The notes beneath the pieces are model-generated. The model was not told the origin of the DNA, searched no databases, and worked only from the letters and a program-made list of their open reading frames with translations. This document shows, in pieces, positions 1-12,243 of a stretch of 64,000 nucleotides of DNA. A program made the translations under genes and the position numbers. Position 1 is the stretch's first letter, and every line of letters begins with the position of its first letter. This DNA comes from Heptranchias perlo (taxonomy: Eukaryota). The stretch spans positions 9,672,001 to 9,736,000 of the forward strand of contig NC_090346.1 in assembly GCF_035084215.1 (NCBI RefSeq), written 5' to 3'.

Positions 1-1187
1 AACAAGACATCCCAACTCCTCTATTCAATGTTCTGACCAATGAAACCAAGCATGCCGAATGCCTTCTTCACCACCCTATCCACCTGTGACTCCACTTTCA
101 AGGAGCTATGAACCTGTACTCCTAGATCTCTTTGTTCTATAACTCTCCCCAACGCCCTACCATTAACAGAGTAGGTCCTGGCCCGATTCAATCTACCAAA
201 ATGCATCACCTCACATTTATCTAAATTAAACTCCATCTGCCATTCATCGGCCCACTGGCCCAATTTATCAAGATCCCGTTGCAATCCTAGATAACCTTCT
301 TCACTGTCCACAATGCCGCCAATCTTGGTGTCATCTGCAAACTTACTAACCATGCCTCCTAAATTCTCATCCAAATCATTAATATAAATAACAAATAACA
401 GCGGACCCAGCACCGATCCCTGAGGCACACCGCTGGTCACAGGCCTCCAGTTTGAAAAACAACCCTCTACAACCACCCTCTGTCTTCTGTCGTCAATCCA
501 ATTTTGTATCCAATTGGCTACCTCACCTTGGATCCCGTGAGATTTAACCTTATGTAACAACCTACCATGCGGTACCTTGTCAAAGGCTTTGCTGAAGTCC
601 ATGTAGACCACGTCTACTGCACAGCCCTCATCTATCTTCTTGGTTACCCCTTCATAAAACTCAATCAAATTCGTGAGACATGATTTTCCTCTCACAAAAC
701 CATGCTGACTGTTCCTAATCAGTCCCTGCCTCTCCAAATGCCTGTAGATCCTGTCTCTCAGAATACCCTCTAACAACTTACCCACTACAGATGTCAGGCT
801 CACCGGTCTGTAGTTCCCAGGCTTTTGCCTGCCGCCCTTCTTAAACAAAGGCACAACATTTGCTACCCTCCAATCTTCAGGCACCTCACCTGTAGCTGTC
901 GATGATTGAAATATCTCTGCTAGGGGACCCGCAATTTCCTCCCTAACCTCCCATAACGTCCTGGGATACATTTCATCAGGTCCCGGAGATTTATCTACCT
1001 TGATGCGCGTTAAGACTTCCAGCACCTCCCTCTCTGTAATATGTACACTCCTCAAGACATCACTATTTATTTCCCCAAGTTCCCTAACATCCATGCCTTT
1101 CTCAACCGTAAATACCGATGCGAAATATTCATTTAGGATCTCACCCATCTCTTGTGGTTCCGCACATAGATGACCTTGTTGATCCTT
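1..1187 (-). mobile_element. CR1-type LINE (subfamily A), 5'-truncated RT region, continues off the window start; abuts the 3' end of the CR1 at 1188-4982
   Basis: RT motifs NYRPVSLTS, QHGF, YMDFSKAFDKVPH, GVPQGSVLGP, FADD in ORF 21..1250; premature TAG at 21-23; junction placed by comparison with the 3' end of the sister CR1 at 44460-44500. Confidence 0.9.
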
Positions 1188-4100
1188 ATCTCCTTCTTGA
1201 ATACATCTAATGACTTGGCCTCCACTGCCTTCTGTGGTAGAGAATTCCACAGGTTCACCACCCTCTGAGTGAAGAAATTTCTCCTCATCTCGGTTCTAAA
1301 TGGCATACCCTGTATCTGTGACCCCTGGTCCTGGACTCCCCAGCCATCGGGAACATCCTCCCTGCATCTAGTCTGTCCAGTCCTGTTAGAATTTTATATG
1401 TTTCGATGAGATCACCTCTCATTCTTCTAAACTCTAGTGAATATAGGCCTAGTCGACCCAATCTCTCCTCATACGTCAGTCCTGCCATCCCAGTAATCAG
1501 TTTGGTTAACCTTCGTTGCACTCCCTCCACAGCAAGGACATCCTTCCTCAGATAAGGAGACCAAAACTGCACACAATACTCCAGATGTGGTCTCACCAAG
1601 GCCCTGTATAACTGCAGTAAGACATTCCCGCTCCTGTACTCAGATCCTTTTGCAATGAAGGCCAACATACCATTCGCCTTCCTAACTGCTTGCTGCACCT
1701 GAATGCTCGCTTTCAGCAACTGGTGTACAAGGACATCCAGGTCTCGTTGCACCTCCTCTTTTCCTAATCTATCACCATTCAGATAATAATCTGCCTTTCT
1801 GTTTTTACAACCAAAGTGGATAACCTCACATATATCCACATTATACTGCATCTGCCATGTTCTTGCCCACTCACCCAACTTGTCTAAATCATATTGGAGC
1901 CTCTTTGCATCCTCCTCACAGCTCACATTCCACCCCAGCTTTGTGTCGTCTGCAAACTTGGAAATGTTACATTTAGTTCCCTCATCCAAATCATTGATAT
2001 GTATTGTGAATAGCTGGGGCCCAAGCACTGATCCCTGCGGTACCCCACTAGTCACTGCCTGCCACCCGGAAAAAGACCCGTTTATTCCTACTCTCTGTTT
2101 CCTGTCTGTCAACCAGTTCTCAATCCATGCCAGTATATTCCCCCCAATCCCATGTGCTTTAATTTTGCACACTAACCTCTTGTGTGGAACCTTATCAAAA
2201 GCCTTCTGAAAATCCAAATACACCATATCCACTGGTTCTCCCCTATCTATTCTACTAGTTACATCCTCAAAAAATGCCAGTAGATTTGTTAAGCATGATT
2301 TCCCTTTCATAAACCCATGCTGACTTTGTCCAATCCCATTAATGCCCTCCAAGTGTCCTGTTATCACATCTTTTATAATAGACTCTAGCATTTTCCCCAC
2401 TACTGATGTTAGGCTAACTGGTCTGTAATTCCCTGTTTTTTCTCTCCCTTTTTTAAATAGTGGGGTTACATTTGCCACCCTCCAATCTGTAGGAACTGTT
2501 CCAGAGTCTATGGAATTTTGGAAGATGATCACCAATGCATCCACTATTTCCAGGGCCACTTCCTTTAGTACTCTGGGATGTAGATTATCAGGCCCTGGGG
2601 ATTTGTCAGTCTTTAGCCCCATTAATTTCCCTCGCACTTTTTTTTTTACTACTGGTTTCCTTCAGTTCCTCCCTCTCACTAGACCCTTGGTTCCCTAACA
2701 TTTCTGGGAGGTTATTTGTGCCCTCCTTTGTGAAGACAGAAGCAAAGTATGTGTTTAATTGTTCTGCCATTTCTTTGTTCCCCAATATAATTTCCCCCAT
2801 TTCTGACTGTAAGGGACCTGCATTTGTCCTCACTAATCTTTTTCTCTTGACATATTTACAGAAGCATTTACAGTCAGTTTTTATGTTCCCTGCTAGTTTA
2901 CTCTCATACTCTATTTTTCCCCTCTTAATCAATCTCTTTGTTCTCCTTTGCTGAATTCTGAACTGCTCCCAATCCTCAGGCTTGCCGCTTTTTCTGGCAA
3001 TTTTATACGTCTCCTCTTTGGATCTAATACTATCCCTAATTTCTTTTGTAAGCCACGGATGAGCCACCTTTCCTGTTTTATTTTTGCGCTAGTCAGGAAT
3101 GAATAATTGTTGTAATTCCTGCACATGTTCTTTAAATATTAGCCATTGCCTATCCACCGTCATCCCTTTTAGTAAAGTTCCCCAATCTATCATAGCAAAC
3201 TCGCACCTCATACTGTCGTAATTTCCTTTATTTAGATTCAGGACCCTAGTTTTGGATTCAACTACTTCACTCGCCATCTTAATGAGGAATTCTTTCATGT
3301 TATGGTCGCTCTTCCCTAAGGGACCCCGCACAACAAGATTGTTAATTAATCCTTTCTCATTGCACAATACCCAGTCTCGGATCGCCTGCTCTCTAGTTGG
3401 TTCCTCAACGTATTGGTCTAGAAAACCATCACGTACACACTCCAGGAATTCCTCCCCCACAGTATTATTGATAATTTGGTTTGACCAATCTGTATGTAGA
3501 TTAAAGTCACCCATGATTATAGTTGTACCCTTCTTACATGCATCTCTAATTTCCTGTTTAATGCCCTCCCCTACATTTCCACTACTGTTTGGGGGCCTAT
3601 AGACAATCCCCAGCAATGTTTTCTGCCCCTTGGTGTTTCTTAGCTCCACCCATTCAGATTCCACATCGTGATTTTCCGAGCCAATATCCTTCCTCACTAT
3701 TGCATTGATTTCCTCCTTTACTAACAACGCTACCCCACCTCCTTTCCCTTTTTGTCTGTCCTTCCTAAATATTGAATACCCCTGGATGTTCAGTTCCCAT
3801 CCTTGGTCACCCTGCAGCCATGTCTCCGTAATCGCAACTATATCATACCCGTTAATATCTATCTGCGCTGTTAATTCATCTACCTTATTGCGAATGCTCC
3901 GCACATTAAGACACAATGCCTTTAGACTTTTTTTTTTAAGATTGCTAGTCATTTTAGTTTTATTTTGCACTATGGCCCTATTTGTTTTTTGCCCTTGTTT
4001 TCTCTGCCTTCCACTATTGCTGCTTCCCTTTCTGCCTTTTGTTTCTATCCTTGTTTCCCCCTCCTGTCTCCCTGCTCAGGTTCCCATCCCCCTGCCATTC

Positions 4101-4982
4101 TAGTTTAAACCTTCCCCAACAGCACTAGCAAACACCCCCGCAAGGACATTGGTCCCGGTCCTGCTCGGGTGTAACCCGTCTCGCTTGTACAGGTCCCACC
4201 TTCCCCAGAACCGGTCCCAATGTCCCAGGAATCTAAATCCCTCCCTCCTACACCATCCCTGCAGCCACGCATTCATCTGGTCTATCCTCCTGTTCCTATA
4301 CTTACTAGCATGTGGTACTGGTAGTGATCCTGAGATCACTACCTTTGAGGTCCTGCTTTTTAATTTATCTCCTAACTCCTTAAATTCATCTTGCAGGACC
4401 GCATCCCTTTTTTACCTATGTCGTTGGTACCGATATGGACCACGACTACTGGCTGTTCACCCTCCCTCTCCAGAATGCCCTGCAGCCGCTCCGTGACATC
4501 CTTGACCCTAGCACCAGGGAGGCAACGTACCATCCTGGAGTCACGTTTGCGGCCGCAGAAATGCCTATCTGTTCCCCTTACAATTGAATCCCCTATCACT
4601 ATAGCCCTGCCGCTCTTCTTCCTCCCCTCCTGTGCAGCAGAGCCAACCGTGGTGCCACGAACTTGGCTCTTGCTGCTTTCCCCTGATAAGCCTTCTCCCC
4701 CAACAGTATCCAAAGCGGTATATCTGATTGAGAGGGAGATGGCCCCAGGGGACTCCTGCTCTACCTGCCTAGTCCTTTTACTCTATCTGACAGTCACCCA
4801 TTTCCTTTCTGCCTGCGTAATCTTTACCTGCGGTGTGACCACCTCACTGAACGTGCTATCCACGATAGTCTCAGCATCACGGATGCTCTACAGTGAATCC
4901 ACCCGCAGTTCCAGCTCCGAAATGCGGTTAGCCAGTAGCTGCAGCTGGACACACTTCCTGCACACATGGTCGCCAGGGACAT
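1188..4982 (-). mobile_element. Near full-length decayed CR1 LINE (subfamily B): ORF1 with SGNH esterase-like domain, ORF2 with APE endonuclease and RT
   Basis: ORF1 pieces 4100-4980 (VIGDSIVRG, CLPGARVKDV, VHIGTND); endonuclease 3089-3970 (ITETWL, YRPP, GDFN, SDH); RT 1285-2637 (GVPQGSVLGP, FADD); broken by stops and frameshifts. Confidence 0.93.
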
Positions 4983-5059
4983 TGTGTGAGGTGCAAGATT
5001 GCTGCCTCATTTCCCTACACAACAGCTGCTGCATTTCAAGGTAACTTGTGTGTGAAGCA

Positions 5060-5550
5060 ACCACAACTTGCCTTTAGTGTAGTAAAAGTTCCCAAGGTGT
5101 TTCACAGGAGAGTAATCAGACAAAAATTGACACCGAGCCAAAAAAGGCAGCATTCGGACAGGTGCCCAAAAGCTTGGTCAAAGAGGTGGGTTTAAGGAGC
5201 GTCTTAAAAGAGGAGAGAGAGAGATAGAGAGTCGAAGAGGTTTAGGGAGGGAATTCCAGAGCTTAGGGCCTAAGCAGCTGAAGGCACTGCCGTCAATAGT
5301 GGAGTGATGAAAATCAGGGATGCGCAAGAGGCCAGAATTGGAGGAGCGCAGAGATTTCGGAGGGTTGTAGGGCTGGAGGAGGTTACAGAGATAGGAAGGG
5401 ATTTGAAAACAAGGATGAGAATTTTAAAATCGAGATGTTGGTGGACCGGAAGCCAATGTAGGTCAGCGAGCACAGGGGTGATGGGACTTGGTGTGAGTTA
5501 GGATACGGGCAGCAGAGTTTTGGATGAGCTCAAGTTTATGGAGGGTGGAA
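5060..5550 (-). mobile_element. L2-type LINE 3' fragment
   Basis: LADLHWLPVHQHLDFKILILVFKSL resembles the L2 ORF2 C-terminus; similar to 6870-7430 and 48230-48740. Confidence 0.7.
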
Positions 5551-5795
5551 GAGCACTTGAGATGTTCCTGAGAGACCTGATAAATGCGTCTATCCTTCTT
5601 TTCCTACTTCTTGATCTATCTCATCATCTTTCCAACTCTTTCCAACCCTGCTAGTGTCCTGCACCCTTGCATCTCATCCTGTCATCTAGCTTTCTTAATT
5701 TGTTAGTAAAGTATTTGGAGAAACTGCCTGTGAAATGGTGAGGATTGGTGAACAAGCACATTATATTGACCTATTTTTTGTTCTCTTCAAACCAG

Positions 5796-6001
5796 TGATG
5801 GACAAGAATACAGCGGAAGGCTACGAGCCTCATGTTGTTGCTGAAGCCGTTCTCACGGCGATTTGCAGGAGGAAGAAGGATGTCCTGCTGGCGGGGTTAC
5901 TGCCGACTGCCGCTGTTTATTTCCGAACCCTGGTTCCCAGTCTCTTCTTTCCCATCATGGCAGCCAGAGCTAAAAAAGAGCGCAAAATGAAGACTAATTA
6001 A
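5796..6001 (+). CDS. DHRS7B: Last coding exon of dehydrogenase/reductase SDR family member 7B
   Basis: Acceptor ttttttgttctcttcaaaccag ends 5795; VMDKNTAEGYEPHVVAEAVLTAICRRKKDVLLAGLLPTAAVYFRTLVPSLFFPIMAARAKKERKMKTN* matches the DHRS7B C-terminus from recall; tail-to-tail with TMEM11 as in other vertebrates. Confidence 0.93.
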
Positions 6002-6869
6002 CCATGTCCTGAGACTCCTAAAACACTCTCCCTACGCACAGTACTACCGAGGCCATTTGGTGCAATTCTTCCGCGACTGGTCGACAAACTGACTGGTGAT
6101 CGTTTGTGACCAAATATGTCTCCTGAACTCCATCCGTGTTTGCTTTGCTGATTTTCCAGACTTTTTGTGACACTCTGTTGGTTACACTGAAAGCGGGATA
6201 AATTATATTTATTTTTAAAGAAAAAGATTGAATGTGAGCCAAAAAAACTCTTGATTTTACACCCACTCAAAGCAGGATTCTGTTTTTAAAAAAAAAAGCA
6301 GAACAAATGTGTAAGATTAAATTCACACCCCATAAGTTTGGTGTCAGTGCAAAGTCGAAAGCACTTTTCACAGATGCTAAACGTGGAGTGGAGTGGAGTT
6401 TCTGTAATCATGTCAGGCCCTGAAGCCAAATGCAGATTGCGCTTACACCATCACTGCAAAGTGAAACCGCTAGTTATAGTGTAAATGCCTCCAGAAGTAT
6501 TTAAATGTGTAAGTGATTTGTTTACATTATGTACCGGAATTTCCATGTCACATTTCTGTGTAAGCGAATAGAGCTGATGGATAAAGGTTGGATATTTGTC
6601 AGAAACCAAGGACCTGCCACTCTGGATATTGTGCTAAATTCTGCATGTGTGCGAAGAATAAAATATGGTTATCAACTCCCTGTGGTGCAGCACAAAGCCA
6701 TGTCGACCAGGCAGGTCCCTGCTGGGGGGCTGGGTCAGCTGATTTCAGCTGGCCAGTGGTGGGAGCATCACTGCTTGCCTCGGGGGGAGAGGTGGGGATA
6801 ACCAAAGGGTTCTACTCCTGATTGTTATCCAGTCAACCCTGCTGAAAAAATGTTTGTAGATGTTTGATG

Positions 6870-7430
6870 AGGATAAGATTGCACCTGCCTCAGTTTATTG
6901 CTGCTGAAACCCTCATCCATGTCTTTGTTACCTCCAGACTCGGCTATTCCAATACTCTCCTGGTCGGCCTCCCACCTTGCACCCTCCGTAAACTTGAGCT
7001 CATCCAAAACTCTGCTGCCCATAACCTAACTCGCAACAAGTCCCGTTCTCCCATCACCCCAGTCCTCGCTGACCTACGTTGGTCTCCCGGTCCATAATAC
7101 CATAGAAAAATACAGCACAGAAGGGGGCCATTCGGCCCATCGTGTCCGCGCCGGCTCGAAGAACAACCAGGTGCCCATTCTAATCCCACTTTCCAGCACC
7201 CAGTCCAGTAGTGCCTCAAATTTAAAATTCTCATCCTTGTGTTCAAATCCCTCCATAGCCTCACCTTTCCGTGTATCTGTCACCTCCTCCAACTCTCAGA
7301 AAACTCTGCACTCCTCCAGTTCTGGCCTTTTGTGCACCCCGATTTCCTATACCTCGCCGTTGGTGACTGTGCTCTGGCATTCCCTCTCTAAACTTCTCCA
7401 CCTCCCTCTCCTTTAAGTCGCTCCTTATAA
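6870..7430 (+). mobile_element. L2-type LINE 3' fragment interrupted by a short minus-strand CR1 3' end (~7095-7200)
   Basis: HVFVTSRLGYSNTLLVGLP...LELIQNSAA...SPITPVLADL; insert contains ggccattcggcccatc typical of CR1 3' UTRs here. Confidence 0.72.
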
Positions 7431-8047
7431 CGACCTCAGGACATCCCAAAGTGCTTTTGAAATGTAGTCACTGTTGTAATGTAGGAAACGTGGCAGCCAA
7501 TTAACGCACAGCAAGGTCCCACAAACAGCAATGAGATAATGACTAACTAATTTTTTTTTAGTGATGTTGTTTGAGGAATAAATATTGGCCAGGACACTGG
7601 GGAGAACTCCCCTGCTCTTCTTCGAAAAAAATGAACTTCAATCAACTAAAAATTATGTCCCATAGATATTCTGGAAGGAGAATGCCAAGTTATAATACTA
7701 GTGTCCTACCACAATATTAGGAAAAAAAAAGACTTGCATTTATATAGCGCCTTTCACGACCCCAGGACATCCCAAAGTGCTTTACAACCAATGAAGTAGT
7801 TTTTGAATTGTAGTCACCGTTGTAATGTAGGCAATGCGGCAGCCAATTTGCGCACAGCAAGCTCCCACAAACAACAATGTGATAAATGACAGGATAATCT
7901 GTTTTTTAGTGGTGTTGGCTGAGGGATAAATGTTGGCCAGGACACCGATGAGAACTCCCCTGCTCTTCTTCGAAATAGTGCCATGGGATCTTTTACGTCC
8001 ACCTGAGCAGGCAGACGGAGCCTCGGTTCAGTGTCTCAGCGGAAAGA
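7430..8047 (-). mobile_element. Two Deu-domain (SacSINE1/AmnSINE-like) SINE pieces, 7430-7625 and 7730-8047, separated by ~100 bp of non-SINE DNA
   Basis: Reverse complement contains gatcccatggcactatttcgaagaagagcaggggagttctc...gtgtcctggccaa and an L2-like tail tgaaaggcgctatataaatgcaagtc; family name from recall. Confidence 0.75.
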
Positions 8048-11000
8048 CGTTAAACTGAAATAGCATATGTGGAGAGTGAGGTGTATTACCTATTACCATA
8101 AAGGCACCTCTGACTGGAGAAACTACAACTCCCATGTGTCAGTATGCAGAGCCTAGTTGCTGGCTGTTAATTGGAAGCAGAGCTGATGAGACCATACCTT
8201 CATTGGGACTTTACTCAATGGGGTTGAAATTCCAATCCGGCCCCAGATGCATTTGTGGTGTAAGTGCCGGAAGAGACGGGAAATAGGGCAGAATCCAGTT
8301 CCACTAGGATTGCCACTGCCCCGTTCAGGAAATTCCAGTCGGCGGGGGCAGATTCCACCCACCTCCCCTATCAACGGGGTGTGGCGAAGGGAGTATCCAG
8401 CTCTCCCCAGGAAATTCTGCCGGTACCTCTCTTGGTAGGCCCAATGAACCTGTGCCTGTCCCGAGATCTACAGTGAGCTCCATGATTCTGCTGCACAACC
8501 TGAGATGTGCAATTTAAAAAAAAATCTACCCTAGGGAGAGAGCGTATCGATTGCCACCAGGTTTGAGGCTGGTTACAGATTTGGATTTGGAGCAGATAAT
8601 GTGACTGCAGTGGCAGTGTGAAGTGCTTTCACTTTGTACCTCATACACATGGTCAGTGAGATTTCCTGGACTGGTTTAGATCGCCTGATGGGATCGGAGA
8701 GAGAATTTCCAAAGAATAATACACAGCTGGAATCCTGCACACCCTCCCCTCGCTAACATGGCTGGAATCATTTTAGTTGTCATTACAGAACCCGTGTTCC
8801 TCTCCTCACCCCACCTTTTATGAAGGTGATAACTGATGCTGGTGTCCAGCTCCGCAGGTGGCAGTGGCCATTTGGAACCTTAAGCAAGTGGCCATTCCTC
8901 GCCTGTAAATCTTCAATGAGTGATGGCAGGCTATGTGACCAGTGGGGACATCAGTGCTGAGCCTGACCTCATGCATAGATGTTTCCTGCCCAGCAGGAGT
9001 CACAGGCCAGCAACCAGGGGATGGAACCCTGCTTTATGTTTTCCTTCTCTAGATCCAGGGATATGAAAGCCAATCGTAGTGTTTGGCTATAGGCAGCTGC
9101 GATAAGCTAAGTCAGCAGAAACCAAGGATTGAATCCTGTAAGGTTCACAACCAAACCATTTTGCGCACTTAATAACTGATCCTTTAGGGGACCTTATAAC
9201 CTGTAACATTTGCAGCCAACCTAACACAATACACCCTTAATTAGTGAGGCACCAGCAGTTGTGAGAAAATGGATGGAAAAGTAAATAAAGAGAAACTGTT
9301 CCCATTGGCGGCAGGGCTACTGGGAAAGAGTGGGGGAATGGGACTAACTGGATTGCTCTTACAAAGAGCAGGCACAAGGTCAGGGGCCAAATGGCCGCCT
9401 TCTGTGCTGTAACGATTCTATGTTAATGACATGGTAGAAATGTAATCGAGAGGCTCATACTACATCGGAACAAAAGATTAATAATCAAGACATTGATTTT
9501 GGTGTGAACTTTACGGAAGAAATTTTAGAACTACCCCAATGCTGGCAGTGGCCAGCGTGCATGTTGACAGCTACTGCACTCTGCAATTAACGTGTGAGCA
9601 AGTGACATTATTACTGTAGGGTTATCGAAAAATAACCTGCAGCAGATAATTCTATGGCTAGTTTGTGTCGCTGTTAATGACACCATGGCCGTAAAATTAA
9701 ACTGTGATAATAGCAAGCAGACATTTGTACAAAATTCCTTTATCTCTATTTGAACAGAAATATTAACTTGTTTATTTCAAATAGATTAACACCTCCATTA
9801 AGATATTGGAGAGAGGAATTGAATACATATGCATTTAGCATTCATACATAGCATAACTCCACACTTAATAGGTCCTTGGGGTTTCAGTACTGAGTTTTCA
9901 ACTTTTACACACTTGCTGTGACCTGTAGGTTTCCCTTTTATTGAATTTTAGATCCACTCATAAACTGCGACAAGAGCTAATTGATCATGGTTAGAATTAA
10001 TTATTGACTGGCTGGAACTTTGCATTAACACCTGCAACAAGTAATGATTTGATTACACAGATTCTTTATTATTAATCTGTGTAATTAAATCATTTTGTTG
10101 CAGAAAGGAAATGTTGCACAAAATATATAATTAAAAGTAATTGACCATATTCTCATCTCACATTCATTGTTCCAGCCAGAGGCACTGCATAGCGATCATA
10201 ATGGGTAATTTATTTCCACCCCCCGCCCCTCCCCTGGCACTGAAGCCAGTTTGCAGTGCCCCTAATACTGTTGCAGTCAGCACACAGTGGGGATTGAACC
10301 TGGAACCTTTCTGATCTGTATGGTTGAGTACACCACGGTCCATAATTTGCTGCCAAAATAGCAGGGCATTTAACGGCACTCACCATTATTGTGTAATCGT
10401 CCAGCAACTTGTAGCGAGGAAGAGATACCCTGTGAATCGTCACAAGTCGCTGGATGATTTGCGCTGTTAGCCGTGTGAAAATGGCAGCTCGCTCTCAGAT
10501 TTCCCTTAGTTTCATGAAGTTGCTGAATTTGCGCATTAATTAGCAATTAAACTCACCAGAGAAAGTTAGGGCTGGTACTTAACAGTGCAAGTATTTTTTA
10601 ATCAGGAGATTTATGTTCCTGCAATACCACTCAACCACTCCGGCCCAGGAAGGGAACAATTTAAACTGTGGAGCCTCATTCCTACAGGTAGTAAACGTTG
10701 TTGGGGATTTTTAAGTGTAAAATTTTTTTTTAAATTCTTACTTTTCCTCTTAATCCAATCTATCTTTCTCTCTCTTTACATAATTTAACTCTAATTCTCC
10801 CTATTTCCTTCTCCATCGTGCCTCTGTTTCTTTATCCTTAAATCTCGTTGGTGAAGGAGATTAGGTTGTTGATCCCATCGTTCACCAAGGTGCCAGATGC
10901 CCGTTGCCCTCGCCGTTATCAGTTTACACTTCCAGCAAGTTACAGCGCAAAAAGATTTTTGAGCCTAAGGATGCAGGATAAAGTATAATTAATGGCACAT

Positions 11001-12034
11001 GCCACGAGATGCCCCACTCCAACATGTACGTTTATTCACTAAGCGATTGACTGGAGCCAAGGGTGACATATGGCAGGTAGTGAAGGTACAGGATAAGGCT
11101 ATGATCAAACCACAATTTGAATTAAATTTTTGTAGCATTTTATTTGAACTTCTGTGGTGCTGAGTTTTATTTCACTGTGTGGTAGAGGAACAGCATACCT
11201 GTGTGTATTACTTACACACGTTCAACTAAACCACTAAACGTTACATCTCCAACGTTGTAAATGACTAGCGCATTTCTTCCATGGGAGGTAAAGAATGGAG
11301 CATCAATGGATTAGACTTGGAATATATTGAGAAGAATTGCTGTGGAGAGACATCTGTCTTACCACAATTTGTCTATCACATCTGGAAACTTCAACACTAT
11401 TTAAACATCACATGCTCAGCATACACATCATCTGAGTATTAAAATGCTCTGAGCCCACCATAGCCATCTTCACACAATTAACATTTATTATGTTAACGTG
11501 CTGTCTTCATTAAAAGTATTTTGCCAATTTAAGTCTACAAATATGATTAGATTTATGTAATCGCTTCAAATTCCATCACTTACTGGTGATGTGATGCCAA
11601 AAATAACAGCTCTCCTGCCCAAAAGATCTTTGTTAAACATTTTAATGATAAGGCCTCAGTGAGCTGCCGAACTGAACGGATTTGACACTTTGTACCCGGT
11701 TTGTGCTGAGTTTGCCAATCTCAGCCAGTGCAGCCCTCGGGGCCTCTGCATTCCTGGGTTATGGGGGATGGGGAAATCATCAGGGTTCCTACTGATCACA
11801 AAACCACCGATTAAGTGTGTCTGTGTGGATGGCAGGATCAGGAGCTGGTGTGACGCATTCGCCCCCGTCCCCCAGTTGAATTGCTGTCACGGTTCACTGC
11901 CAAATGGACATAATTTAGATATCAGTAGCTGTGGAAACCATACCCCCATCGAGGAGTTACTATCTTATGGACAGGATTGAAAAATTGAAACAAGTGCCCC
12001 TTTCAAACACAATGCCTCATTTATAAAAGATTTT

Positions 12035-12243
12035 AAAAACAAACACACAAATGCTGGAAAGTTGCAATAACAGAAAATACACAGCAGGTCCGTCAGCATC
12101 TGGCAAGAGAAAAGATATGCTAATGTTTCGGGTAGTGACTTCTTCATCAGAATCTTCTGATTAAGAATCTCTTACTGAAATATAACCTCTCTCTTCAGGC
12201 GCTGGTGAATCTGCATGTGTATTTGCAGTGTTTTCTATTTTTA
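12035..12243. mobile_element. Old fold-back non-autonomous element with a decayed hammerhead-like motif in each arm
   Basis: Imperfect inverted arms centred near 12153 (cttcatcagaa-tc-ttctgattaag); minus strand reads CTGATGAA...CCCGAAAC. Confidence 0.55.

Noticed and set aside
21-1250. 409-aa RT ORF as an intact gene
   Set aside because: Chimeric: the first ~21 codons come from the neighbouring CR1 in another frame, the rest from a different truncated CR1 ending in a premature stop
8220-8520. GC-rich patch as a promoter or exon (similar patches at 10415-11020 and 59840-60072)
   Set aside because: No coherent promoter motifs or splice sites; likely MITE-like remnants whose ends I could not define
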